Assembly (NCBI GenBank): GCA_965207075.1
Contig: CBDBLO010000002.1
Location: 1,440,001 to 1,504,000 of the forward strand
Length of the DNA stretch: 64,000 bases
Reading direction: 5' to 3'
Source: Nitrosopumilus sp.
GTDB lineage: Archaea > Thermoproteota > Nitrososphaeria > Nitrososphaerales > Nitrosopumilaceae
Part shown: positions 27,839 through 36,833 of the stretch, in pieces
Position numbering within the stretch: position 1 is the first letter of the stretch
Layout of the letters: the number at the start of each line of letters is the position of its first letter
Program-made: the position numbers and the translations under genes
The notes under the pieces: model-generated
Seen by the model: the letters and a program-made list of their open reading frames with translations, nothing else
Told to the model about the DNA's origin: nothing
Databases searched by the model: none

Positions 27839-28081
27839 TTACGGCCTGCCGTCGCCGGAGTCGTCGTCGGCGCCACCGAGGTCTCTGGGTTCCGTGCCGT
27901 CACTGCGGGCGCCGCCCGCGGCGTCGGCAGAATCGTCGCCGTCGCCGTACAAGAATCTCGACTCCCCTGACTCCTGCAAGAGCCTTTCACGGCGCCTCCG
28001 TATATACAGAAACACGCCGCATGCAAGCATGGCGCTAAGCAGTATGATTCCCGCCATCTGCAGCTCAAAATGATACAGCAT
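27839..28081 (-). CDS. small single-pass membrane protein
   Basis: Hydrophobic helix followed by RRRR (positive-inside rule) and an acidic tail. Confidence 0.5.
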   Translation of the reverse strand: MLYHFELQMAGIILLSAMLACGVFLYIRRRRERLLQESGESRFLYGDGDDSADAAGGARSDGTEPRDLGGADDDSGDGRP

Positions 28082-28254
28082 ACACTGCCACCGCAAACAG
28101 CGCTCAAAAGCGTTATGCGCCCCACATGGCGCAACGCGGAGCCCCGGAATGGCGGCCGGCGGCCGCTCTGGCGCCCTGACCCGGCTGTAACCGGCGGCCC
28201 GGCTGCCTAGAACGCGCGGGGGCACCCCGCGCAGGTTGCAGCGGCGACACCTCT

Positions 28255-28305
28255 TGCTGCTGCTGCTGCCACCACTGCTGCTGCTGCTGCTGCTGCCGCC
28301 GCCGC
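28255..28305. repeat. compound (TGC)n/(GCC)n microsatellite
   Basis: Directly visible, intergenic. Confidence 0.9.
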
Positions 28306-28418
28306 CACCGCGGCACTCCCAGACGCCCCCGCGTGGGCTCTGGTCGCGGAACACGCCGGCCCGGGGCCCGTGCGCCCGCAGCTAGAATAATAATATACGG
28401 CGTGGCAGCACCCATGGC

Positions 28419-29522
28419 ATGATAGGCGCGTCAGAGATGTCCAGCGTGGCAGACGCATACGACGCCGGCGACATCAGGATATGCGTGCTTGGGAGCCACT
28501 CGGCGCTGGAAATAATGGACGGCGCAAAGGACGAGGGATTCAAGACCACCGTATACTGCCAGAGGGGCAGGGAGGCGCCATACAAGAGGTTCGGGAGGAT
28601 CGCCGACGAGGTCGTGGTGGTAGACGAGTTCGGCCACATGCTGTCAGGGGAGCACCAGCAGAAGATGCTGGAGGAGAACACCGTAATCATACCGCACAGG
28701 TCGCTTACTGCGTACCTCGGGTACGGCGCCATAGAGAACGACTTGCGGGTGCCGATATTTGGCAACAGGTCCCTCTTTGCAGCAGAGGAGAGGAACGCAG
28801 CAAGGGGGCAGTACTACCTGCTTGAAAAGGCGGGGATCAGGTACCCGAAGGTCATACAGGATCCCGCCGACATAGCAGGGCCGTGCATCGTAAAGGTGCA
28901 GGAAAAGGACAGGCCGCTGGAGCGCGCGTTCTTTACGGTATCATCATACGCGGACTATGAGGAAAAATCCAGCGCCAAGGTATCTGGCGGCACCGTATCA
29001 GAAGCGGGACTGGCAGAGGCAAGCATAGAGGAGCTGGCGATCGGCACGTACATGAACTTTAACTATTTCCACACCCCGATATCAGACCAGGTCGACTTTA
29101 TAGGGATAGAGAGGAGGCTACAGACCGACATACACGACTACAACGCCCTGCCCGCCGAGCAGCAGATCGACATGGGAATGGCCGGAAGCCTCCAGAACAT
29201 AGAGGTCGGGCACACGCCTGCAAGCATACGCGAGTCGCTGCTAGAAAAGGTGCTTGCCATGGGCGACATGTTCGTGGAGGCGGTCAAAAAGGAATACAGT
29301 CCCGGAGTGATAGGGCCGTTCTCGCTTCAGAGCGTGATAACAAAGGATCTGGAGATGGTAGTGTACGACGTGTCGCTGCGCGTCCCCGGCAACCCCATAG
29401 TGGCCACCACCAGCCCCTATACAAAGTACCAGTACGGCCAGACGTTCGGCGTCGGGAGAAGGATAGCCATGGAGATCAGGCGCGCCGCAAACGACAGCAG
29501 GCTCGGGGACATAGTCACCTGA
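28419..29522 (+). CDS. purP: PurP-family formate:AICAR ligase (paralogue 1)
   Basis: LGSHSALEIMDGAKDEG, PIFGNR, SIRESLL, GPFSLQ and GRRIAMEI motifs. Confidence 0.92.
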   Translation: MIGASEMSSVADAYDAGDIRICVLGSHSALEIMDGAKDEGFKTTVYCQRGREAPYKRFGRIADEVVVVDEFGHMLSGEHQQKMLEENTVIIPHRSLTAYLGYGAIENDLRVPIFGNRSLFAAEERNAARGQYYLLEKAGIRYPKVIQDPADIAGPCIVKVQEKDRPLERAFFTVSSYADYEEKSSAKVSGGTVSEAGLAEASIEELAIGTYMNFNYFHTPISDQVDFIGIERRLQTDIHDYNALPAEQQIDMGMAGSLQNIEVGHTPASIRESLLEKVLAMGDMFVEAVKKEYSPGVIGPFSLQSVITKDLEMVVYDVSLRVPGNPIVATTSPYTKYQYGQTFGVGRRIAMEIRRAANDSRLGDIVT

Positions 29523-29792
29523 CGGCGGGCGCGTGCCCCTCCTCCTCTTCCCCCCCCCCCCCACCATCGCGCAAGCACAAATAATAACGCAGCAGCGCCC
29601 ACAGTACAAGGGCCGCCGATGATTAACTGCGACAAGACACTGCTCTGACCCTGTGATGAGTTTGCCGAATTATGAGGTGCCAGTCATTTACGCCCGCACC
29701 GCCCGCACCGCCCGCATGCGCACTCACACAGTCACGTGCACGTACAAAATGATCAAAATAAATCTAAATAACACTGATGTAAACGGATACCT

Positions 29793-29915
29793 GTGGAAGA
29801 AACCGGCACCGGGTGCGAGCACTGCAGCGGCGCAATCACAGAGTACTACAACCGCAGGTATTCGGGCATGCGCGGCAAGTGCATGCACTGCATGATGGAC
29901 TTTCCGCTGGAGTGA
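29793..29915 (+). CDS. 40-aa zinc-ribbon microprotein
   Basis: GTG-start ORF MEETGTGCEHCSGAITEYYNRRYSGMRGKCMHCMMDFPLE with two CxxC pairs. AT-rich promoter ~28 nt upstream; ends 3 nt before the cyclase ORF. Confidence 0.7.
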   Translation: MEETGTGCEHCSGAITEYYNRRYSGMRGKCMHCMMDFPLE

Positions 29916-29918
29916 GAA

Positions 29919-30893
29919 TTGGCAGGGCAGTCAGATACGGAACCTGCGGCGGCGGCGAGGGAATCGACAAAGGAGCTCACCACGTCAAGCATTCTCGGCA
30001 GCAGCAGCAGCGGCGGCGGCAACGACGACACGGCCGGGGCCGCGGACGATGCAAACCACGCCGGCAAGGACGCGCCAGAGGCGCGTGGGGGTAGCGGCAG
30101 CACCGCGTCGGTAGTCGACATGCTGATGGGCAAGACCGCAGAAAGGACGCTTGACTTTGATACCATGATACAAGATACGCAGATACGCGTCTGGAAATCC
30201 CTCAAGAAGGGCTACGAGTACGAAAGTATCGAGGACGAGTCGGACCTATACCTGCGCAAGAACGTCCTCAAGCACATCGAGATGGCAGTAATGTACGTGG
30301 ACCTGGTAGGATCCACCCAGATGGCGCTGGAGATCTCCCCCGAAAAGGTCGCCATAATAATGAGCTCGTTTGCGCAGGAGATGGCATATGTAATAAAACA
30401 GTACAACGGATACGTGCTAAAGTTCGTTGGAGACGCAGTGATAGGATACTTTGTGGCAGAGGCAAACCAGCTGCTGACGGCCGACAACGCGGTCAACTGC
30501 GCAAGATCCATGATATCGGTCATACGCGACGGCATAAACCCCATACTGGATCAGTACGACTATCCCGAGCTAAAGGCAAAGATCGGGATCGACAGCGGCC
30601 AGAGCATAGTGGTCAGGTACGGCTCGGACGCCAAGACGTCCCACGTGGACCTGATAGGGCCGGTGATGAACATTGCGGCCAAGATCCAGAACAAGGCGGC
30701 CGCCAACCACGTATTGATAGGATCCGACGTTTACGACAGGCTGCATCCTGAGACAAAGAAGATGTGCAGCCTGATGAAGTGGGACATGGACGAGTGGTCG
30801 TACCGCTCGCGCAAGTCAGGCGGGATCTATTCGGTATACGAGGTGAGTCTCATCGACAGGCGATCCAAGAGCACCGGCCATCCGCAGGAATGA
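29919..30893 (+). CDS. class III adenylate/guanylate cyclase domain protein
   Basis: MYVDLVGST, LKFVGDAV, KIGIDSG and DLIGPVMNIAAKIQ motifs. Confidence 0.92.
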   Translation: MAGQSDTEPAAAARESTKELTTSSILGSSSSGGGNDDTAGAADDANHAGKDAPEARGGSGSTASVVDMLMGKTAERTLDFDTMIQDTQIRVWKSLKKGYEYESIEDESDLYLRKNVLKHIEMAVMYVDLVGSTQMALEISPEKVAIIMSSFAQEMAYVIKQYNGYVLKFVGDAVIGYFVAEANQLLTADNAVNCARSMISVIRDGINPILDQYDYPELKAKIGIDSGQSIVVRYGSDAKTSHVDLIGPVMNIAAKIQNKAAANHVLIGSDVYDRLHPETKKMCSLMKWDMDEWSYRSRKSGGIYSVYEVSLIDRRSKSTGHPQE

Positions 30894-30925
30894 CCGCCGC
30901 GTGCACGCCGCTGACGGCGTGCGGC

Positions 30926-31069
30926 CTAGACGGTAAACCTGTCGGGACACTCAACATGCTCATAGTGGTGTTCAGTGAACCTCTCGCGGACCACGTATAT
31001 GACGATCTTGTGAAGCTCGGACGCGTCTATGGACATTCTGCACTTGCGGCAGGTCATGTTGGACTCCAT
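30926..31069 (-). CDS. 47-aa zinc-binding microprotein
   Basis: MESNMTCRKCRMSIDASELHKIVIYVVRERFTEHHYEHVECPDRFTV (CxxC...HxxC). TTTATA ~30 nt upstream. Confidence 0.7.
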   Translation of the reverse strand: MESNMTCRKCRMSIDASELHKIVIYVVRERFTEHHYEHVECPDRFTV

Positions 31070-31279
31070 CTGCAAATATGATGCGAGTGATAAAAGTATA
31101 AAGATCGATGATCAAGCGATCTTGAGCCGAGATCACAAAAAAATAACAAATCCATGCCTGTGGCAAGAAAATTTACATCACAAGTGCACATTTTATACAG
31201 ATCGCAGTCACACCGCCGCCAACGGTCCCGGCCGGCCAGCCAGCCTAAGACAAAAATATGCGGCATGCGGGGGAAGGGC

Positions 31280-31729
31280 ATGTACGGAGCGGATATGTTC
31301 AGGCGCGCATACGACCCATACTGGCCCGACATGCGCGCGCCGCTTCCGCCCGCCGCCCTGCCCCCGGGCATGACGCCGCCAGAACCGCTGGGCAGGCCCA
31401 TCAGGATGCCGGGGCCGGATCCCGGTGCGGCGGCAATGGCAGAAAGGAACAGGACGCCCGGTGCAGAGACGGCCGCCCACCTGCAGGCCAGGGAGGCAGT
31501 AGAGGGGCTCAAGAGAATGTTTGTCGCAAAGGCGTCAGGCCTGCTTTCCACGGGAGTGCTGCCGATACCGCCCGGACACCCGCTGTATGACGGGCATCGG
31601 GCAATCGCCGCGCTAGAGGCCGAGCGCGACGGCCTTCTAAAAGAGAACGCCGACCTCAAAAGGCGCCTTGAAAAGCACGAGGCAGACAGCGGACACGGGC
31701 TGCCCCAGCAGCAACAGCAACAGCAATAG
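31280..31729 (+). CDS. hypothetical protein (Pro-rich, coiled coil, poly-Gln tail)
   Basis: ORF with LPIPPGHPLY and a coiled coil. Start is uncertain. Confidence 0.6.
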   Translation: MYGADMFRRAYDPYWPDMRAPLPPAALPPGMTPPEPLGRPIRMPGPDPGAAAMAERNRTPGAETAAHLQAREAVEGLKRMFVAKASGLLSTGVLPIPPGHPLYDGHRAIAALEAERDGLLKENADLKRRLEKHEADSGHGLPQQQQQQQ

Positions 31730-31769
31730 CGGCAGCAATAACAGCAGCAGCAATAACAGTAACAACAAC
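31706..31769. repeat. CAG/CAA/AAC compound microsatellite
   Basis: Directly visible, spanning the stop codon of the preceding gene. Confidence 0.9.
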
Positions 31770-31882
31770 GGGTCGCGGCAGATTCCCACTACCGCAAGGC
31801 CCGATCACCCATACAATGTCGCTTGCAGGCAGCCCGCCTACCGCGCAGCATGCCGAGGCCGTTCAGCATAGGCCGCGGCCGC

Positions 31883-32296
31883 TCATGCAGGAGTGAATCC
31901 CTGGTATCCACCCGTCTGCTCGGCCTTGTCTTCAAAGTTGGGCTCAAACAGGGATATCAGATAGTCGTCCGGATCCCGGATCACCGCGTTCTTGCCGGCG
32001 TCCTTTTCCACGATATCGCGGTGTATGGTAACTCCCTGAGCCCTCAGCTCCTCGACGGCGGACTTTACGTCCCCCACGATAAAGCCTATCGTGATGCCGT
32101 TCTCTATGGAACTGCCGATGTGCGCGGCCGTAAGCGACGCCGGATGGAGGCTCAGGAGGGCCCCGGAAGCGCCCAGATCGACCCACGCCCTCCTCTGGTT
32201 CTTTATGGGCAGTCCGATAGTCTCGTGGTAGAACTCTAGCGACTTGTCAAGATCCTTCACTGCGAGTATGACGTTGCCCACGTGCTTTATGTTCAC
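31883..32296 (-). CDS. VOC/glyoxalase family protein
   Basis: VILAVKDLDKSLEFYHETIGL and IRDPDDYLISL motifs. GTG start with TTTAAG upstream. Confidence 0.9.
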   Translation of the reverse strand: MNIKHVGNVILAVKDLDKSLEFYHETIGLPIKNQRRAWVDLGASGALLSLHPASLTAAHIGSSIENGITIGFIVGDVKSAVEELRAQGVTIHRDIVEKDAGKNAVIRDPDDYLISLFEPNFEDKAEQTGGYQGFTPA

Positions 32297-32338
32297 GGAT
32301 AGGGTGCGGAGCGGCGCCTTAAATCCATTTTCATTGCA

Positions 32339-32905
32339 GGAACTGCTTCCAGTCCGTGATATTAGCTGGGCATGCCGTAATCGGCAGCCCGGCCAAACAC
32401 CACGCCTGTACTCTGACGTTCTTTCTCCATTCCGCTGCGGGAAAGGGAACGCGCCGGCACTTGGCTCTCGTGCCCCCTCGTGCGGTGCCTGAGGCCGCCG
32501 CCGAACCTCGCTGCCAGTTTGTGCGCGGTGCATGCGTCTTGGATGCCCGCACGCTGTATCCACACGGGAGCGGCGCGCATCCACTCCTGTTCCCGGCGCA
32601 CGGCCGTCAGCTCCTTGTACAGCCCGTACTCGCTCACGGCATCGCCCGACATGATCCTCCCGACGGACCAGTTGTACGCGTGGCGCCGGGCAACGCGGTA
32701 CGAGTCGATGAGGCGCACCTGGTCGGCCGCCAGCGATATGGCGACCCGGTACTTGCGGTATGCATGCAACGCGTAACACGCAAGGTGATCATGTCATTAT
32801 GCCTTGTTTCTAACGTGACAGGCGCGCCGCCGTGTGGCTGCCGGCTGCATCCCGTCCGTTGGCCGGAGCATCAGTCCGGACATATCACTGATTGGAAGCG
32901 GAACC
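32339..32905. mobile_element. 567-bp non-autonomous TIR element (MITE-like) carrying truncated tnpB
   Basis: TIRs GGAACTGCTTCCAGTCCGTGATAT and ATATCACTGATTGGAAGCGGAACC match at 19/24. Flanked by the 8-bp direct repeat TCATTGCA (32331-32338 and 32906-32913). Confidence 0.85.
32362..32769 (-). pseudogene. tnpB: truncated TnpB/Cas12f-like protein (N-terminal WED/REC only)
   Basis: YRKYRVAI...QVRLIDSYRVARRHAYNW, LYKELTAVRREQEWM and IQRAGIQDA match the TnpB N-terminal pattern. No RuvC or zinc ribbon is present. Confidence 0.7.
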
Positions 32906-33124
32906 TCATTGCACCTCGACCATCGTCTCGGTGCGCTCCACCCCGCCAATCGTCTGTATCTGGTATGCCACGTCCTTGAGGTGCGCCAGCTCGTCCACCT
33001 CGATCATGGCCACGGCGTCAAACTGCCCGCTTGTGGGAAAAGAGTCAGACACGGACTTGATCTTTCTGAGCCTGGCCGCGATAAGCTTTTTGGGGGATTT
33101 GACAAGTATGATCGCCCTTACCAT
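32906..33124 (-). CDS. Lrp/AsnC ligand-binding (RAM) domain protein
   Basis: TSGQFDAVAMIEV and IGGVERTETMV motifs. Confidence 0.88.
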   Translation of the reverse strand: MVRAIILVKSPKKLIAARLRKIKSVSDSFPTSGQFDAVAMIEVDELAHLKDVAYQIQTIGGVERTETMVEVQ

Positions 33125-33357
33125 CCCATGTTCACCTCCACCTCAAGCAGCGTCTCTGTCGACGAGATGTCCTTGATCTTCTTAAAGTTCACCACCATCC
33201 CGTTTATCTGGTGTATGTTGCCCTGAAGCAGGACGCTGATGTCGGCCCTGCCGGTTACGACCATCATCTGCTTTATGATCTTGCGCTTTTTTCTGAGTAT
33301 CGCCATCACGTGCTCGATCTGGCCGGCCCTGACTGTAATCAGGCACAGTGCACGCAT
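33118..33357 (-). CDS. Lrp/AsnC ligand-binding (RAM) domain protein
   Basis: VTGRADISV and DISSTETLL motifs. Overlaps the next gene, with an SD (GGAGGTGA) near its 3' end. Confidence 0.85.
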   Translation of the reverse strand: MRALCLITVRAGQIEHVMAILRKKRKIIKQMMVVTGRADISVLLQGNIHQINGMVVNFKKIKDISSTETLLEVEVNMGW

Positions 33358-33836
33358 GTGTATGATACGGGGACAGCACGGATAAACATTTGGCAAGACG
33401 CAGTGTCTGCACGATTCCCCAAGCGGCCCCTCCGAAAGGGTGCGGCCCTGCAGCAGGCACAAGCCGTCCTACTGCCCCGCAGGCCGGACCGGCGTGCCAC
33501 CGCGCCTCCAGGCCGTGGCGTCGACTGGCGTGTGATATGCCGACGGCAGGGCGCAGGCAGCGCTTCCAGGCCGGCGGACAGTACGGACAGGCATGGTGCA
33601 TTACACGCCTTGATGCCCTGCGGGCGCATTGCGCATTCTCAGGATCCGTGCTTGACGGGCATGACGGCAGCGGCGTTCTGCCCGGGAGGTCGGCGAATTG
33701 TGCAACGCGCTGGCAGGACGCGCACCACAAGCCAGGCAGCGTGAAAAGGCGCACGTGCTGCAGGCGGGCCTGCTGCCCCGCGCACATACGCGCATGTATA
33801 GATACGCGCATACAGGCAGATTCCGCTGCCGACACC

Positions 33837-34328
33837 TCAGTCAAAGGCTTCCTGGGAGCGGGCCTCTTCAAGGTAGGCCCTGCGCTCCTCGTTGATCTTT
33901 TCCTGATCGACTTCTATGGTGTCATCCATAATCACTATCCCGATATCTGCCATGTCCGTGTCAGATGCAGAGGCGGAGCGGCCTCCGGACTTTGTCTTCC
34001 CCCTTGCGGCGGCCTTGCCGGCCTTGCCGGCCTTTCTGGTGGCGGCGCCGGATTTCTTTCTGGATGCCGCAGCCCTAGAGGCGGCAGGCCTAGAGGATGA
34101 CTTGGATCCCGCCTTGGCGGCGGCCTTTGGCGCCCCTGCAGTCCTTGCCTTTCTGGATCTGGCGGCGCCCGCCTGTGCCTTTGCAGGCGTCCGTGACGGA
34201 TCGGGGCGCCTTTTTGCCGTAGCGGCCGCCCTCTTCTTGGACTTGGCAGGCGGCTTGGAATCAGATGGCGTGACGGCAGACGCGGCTGCCGACGGTTTAC
34301 TGCCTGCGGTGGCATCTTTTTTGGACAT
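33837..34328 (-). CDS. Lys/Ala-rich basic protein with acidic C-terminal helix
   Basis: ATG at 34328 with TTTAATA upstream. AK-rich body and a C-terminus IVIMDDTIEVDQEKINEERRAYLEEARSQEAFD. Confidence 0.7.
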   Translation of the reverse strand: MSKKDATAGSKPSAAASAVTPSDSKPPAKSKKRAAATAKRRPDPSRTPAKAQAGAARSRKARTAGAPKAAAKAGSKSSSRPAASRAAASRKKSGAATRKAGKAGKAAARGKTKSGGRSASASDTDMADIGIVIMDDTIEVDQEKINEERRAYLEEARSQEAFD

Positions 34329-34540
34329 GAAAGTCGAAAAACGGGAATTTAGCAGGGTATTAAATTTAGCGTCATCTGCCGTGCGCGCGGGCGGCGCAGC
34401 CCGGCCAAACGGCGCACCAGGATGCAGGCGGTGCCTGCCGGCGGCAAGGCAGGATCCCGCATGCCGCAGTCCAACGGCCGCCGCCGCCGCCGACATGCGC
34501 GCGTACCGCGCGCATACACAGCAGCGCAAAAGTATGGAGG

Positions 34541-34614
34541 TGCCGGGGGCGAGATTTGAACGCGCGACAGCTCGGTCTTCAGCCGAGTGCTCTCCCGGGC
34601 TGAGCTACCCCGGC
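34541..34614 (-). tRNA. tRNA-Phe(GAA)
   Basis: GCCGGGGTAGCTCAG...CTCGGCTGAAGACCGAG...GTTCAAAT...CCCCGGCA. CCA is not encoded. Confidence 0.95.
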
Positions 34615-34642
34615 ACTCAGTTGGACGGCCCGGACTTGGAAA

Positions 34643-35257
34643 TTAAAATCTGCCGTTTGCGCTCCCCTCCCGAGGGGCCCCCGATGCGCTAGGTCCGTGG
34701 GCGTCGCCGCGCGGCGGCGGAACCCAGGGCGTCTCGGGGCGGCCCGCCCTCCGGTCCGCGACGCGTGCAAGCACAAAGAGCAGATCAGAGAGCCTGTTGA
34801 GATAGATGGCGCAGTGCAGGTTTATCTCCTCGGACTCGCTCAGTCCCACCGCGAGGGACTCGGCCCTCCTCACGACGGCGCGTGCGTGATGGAGGTGCGA
34901 GGCGGCGGCGGTCCCCCCGCCGGGCAGGACGAAGCTCGTAAGGGGGGGCAGCTCCGACTCGAACCTGTCTATTGTTTTTTCAAGCGACTCGGCCATGTCT
35001 GGGGTCACGCGGATCCCGAGGTCGCCCAGATTGGGATTTGAGAGGTCCGCGCCAAGCACGAACAGGTCGCTCTGTATGCGGCCTAGGACTGCACGGATGT
35101 CCTCGGGGCACTGCTCGCCGGACAGGACGACGCCGAGCACCGCGTTCGCCTCGTCGATGGCGCCGTACGCGGTGATCCTGACGTGGGACTTTGATATGCG
35201 CAGCCCCCCCTGCAGCCCCGTGTTGCCGTCATCGCCGGTCCTGGTGTAAATCTTCAT
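34643..35257 (-). CDS. pduO: ATP:cob(I)alamin adenosyltransferase (PduO type)
   Basis: MKIYTRTGDDGNT, AYGAIDEAN, FVLPGG, RRAE and YLNRLSDLLFVLAR motifs. Confidence 0.95.
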   Translation of the reverse strand: MKIYTRTGDDGNTGLQGGLRISKSHVRITAYGAIDEANAVLGVVLSGEQCPEDIRAVLGRIQSDLFVLGADLSNPNLGDLGIRVTPDMAESLEKTIDRFESELPPLTSFVLPGGGTAAASHLHHARAVVRRAESLAVGLSESEEINLHCAIYLNRLSDLLFVLARVADRRAGRPETPWVPPPRGDAHGPSASGAPREGSANGRF

Positions 35258-35385
35258 GTGCTGCGTATGAACAGCCTGCTTCTTTTAACTGTAGGGCGGG
35301 CCGAGCAGGCAGTCCGCCGACGCGGAGTACAGGAACTGCCGGCCCGTGCATATCTGTAAAAGGGGCATCACCCGCACACAGCGCA

Positions 35386-35973
35386 ATGGCGCTTGGCGAA
35401 TTTATCAGGGCGGCGGCAGGCCTCAAGGAACTCAAGAGGGCCGGATGGGCAGAAAAGTTCTCCATGTCCGACGGCGAGTCGGTCGCCGACCATTCGTTTG
35501 GGGCCGCCGTCACGGCCATGATACTATCGGACGCTATGGGGCTCGACTCGGAGCGCGCAGTCAAAATGGCGCTGCTGCACGACATAGCAGAGTCGGAGAT
35601 AGGGGACATCACGCCGGACAGCATGCCGCATGACAAAAAGGAGAAGCTGGAGACGGAGGCGTTTTTGCGGATTGTGTCCACGCTGCCGGAGGGGATGAGG
35701 GCAGAATACGTCTCAATATGGGACGAATTCTGTGCAGGCAAGACGCCAGAGGCGAGGATCGTGGCGCAGGCAGACAAGATCGACATGGCTCTCCAGGCAG
35801 TCACATATGAGAGGGCCGGCCGCGCGTCGCGCGCAAGCGCATCCGTGTTCGTGGATGCCGCGTCCGCGTCGATCAAGGACGAGGCGGCTGGCACATTACT
35901 CTCCGACATCACATCACACGGGAAGAGTGGCAGCGGCGTTGATGGCAGCGGAAACAGGGCCTCATCAGTGTGA
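35386..35973 (+). CDS. HD-domain phosphohydrolase (YfbR/HDDC2-like)
   Basis: LKRAGW, ESVADHS, LLHDIAES, GDITP and ADKIDM motifs. Confidence 0.92.
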   Translation: MALGEFIRAAAGLKELKRAGWAEKFSMSDGESVADHSFGAAVTAMILSDAMGLDSERAVKMALLHDIAESEIGDITPDSMPHDKKEKLETEAFLRIVSTLPEGMRAEYVSIWDEFCAGKTPEARIVAQADKIDMALQAVTYERAGRASRASASVFVDAASASIKDEAAGTLLSDITSHGKSGSGVDGSGNRASSV

Positions 35974-36337
35974 TGCTGCACGGCCGCAGATTACGGGGCA
36001 ACTGCGCGGTAATGAAGCAGCCCGCCAGATGTGCACAGTCGCTCATCGCGCGAGCGCCCGCGATGCCTGTATTTGGGAGGACCCGGAGGGCTTCGATCCC
36101 CCGGCCTGGCGATCCGGAATCGCCCGCACTATCCATGCTATGCTACGGGTCCGATACCCATTATGGCAAAAAATGCGCTCTAAAACCCTATGCGCCATAT
36201 GCTGAACCTGCACGGGGGCGTGCGGCGCGCGGTCATGCGACACGACAATGCTGCAGTGACGCAGGAGAAAAACTGCGGGGGGCAGAGATGCGCCAGCCAC
36301 CGCGACTGTTTTTATAGCGACGCGGGATCCATGCATC

Positions 36338-36685
36338 ATGCAGTATTTTGCCGCCCTAAAGGAGGGCCAGCGACGCGTGGCGGAGGCCCGCGAGTACCTC
36401 AACGGGCTGACCGGCGGCAGCGCCATGCCGGCCATGGCGCTTGCCAACCCGGACTCGAACAGCTGGGAGCCTGTGGGCAAGGAGAACCTCTATGCGTTTG
36501 TCAGCGAGTCCCAGGGATTCGTGCTGACAGATACGAGCGGGTACATACTTGCGCTGGTCGACGGGTCGGGAATCTCAAAGGCCATAGTCCAGGGAGTCAC
36601 GCCAGGGCAGGCAGAAACGCTTGAGAAGAGCCTCATAGCAGACGGCATACCAAAGTTTGAGGGGCATGTCATACTACCGGCATGA
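36338..36685 (+). CDS. conserved hypothetical protein
   Basis: TTTTATA ~25 nt upstream; globular composition. Confidence 0.7.
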   Translation: MQYFAALKEGQRRVAEAREYLNGLTGGSAMPAMALANPDSNSWEPVGKENLYAFVSESQGFVLTDTSGYILALVDGSGISKAIVQGVTPGQAETLEKSLIADGIPKFEGHVILPA

Positions 36686-36833
36686 TGCAAGAATTGGAGG
36701 AAGCGGAGCGGCACGATGCAGTCCACTATGATGACTGTGGCGGCGGCGGCAATTATACGTCATACGCGTTCAGCGGCAGAGGAGCGTCACAGGATGCAAG
36801 ACATTTAGTATGTAGGGAAGGAGGCAGTGTGCG

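Noticed and set aside
31883-32779. 298-aa ORF suggesting a long N-terminal extension on the glyoxalase
   Set aside because: The extension is chance read-through from the inserted element. The VOC domain has its own GTG start and TATA.
32339-32905. The ...GA(C/T)TGGAAG ends read as CRISPR repeats beside a Cas12f-like ORF
   Set aside because: There are only two copies, they are inverted, and they are bounded by a target duplication. They behave as TIRs, not an array.
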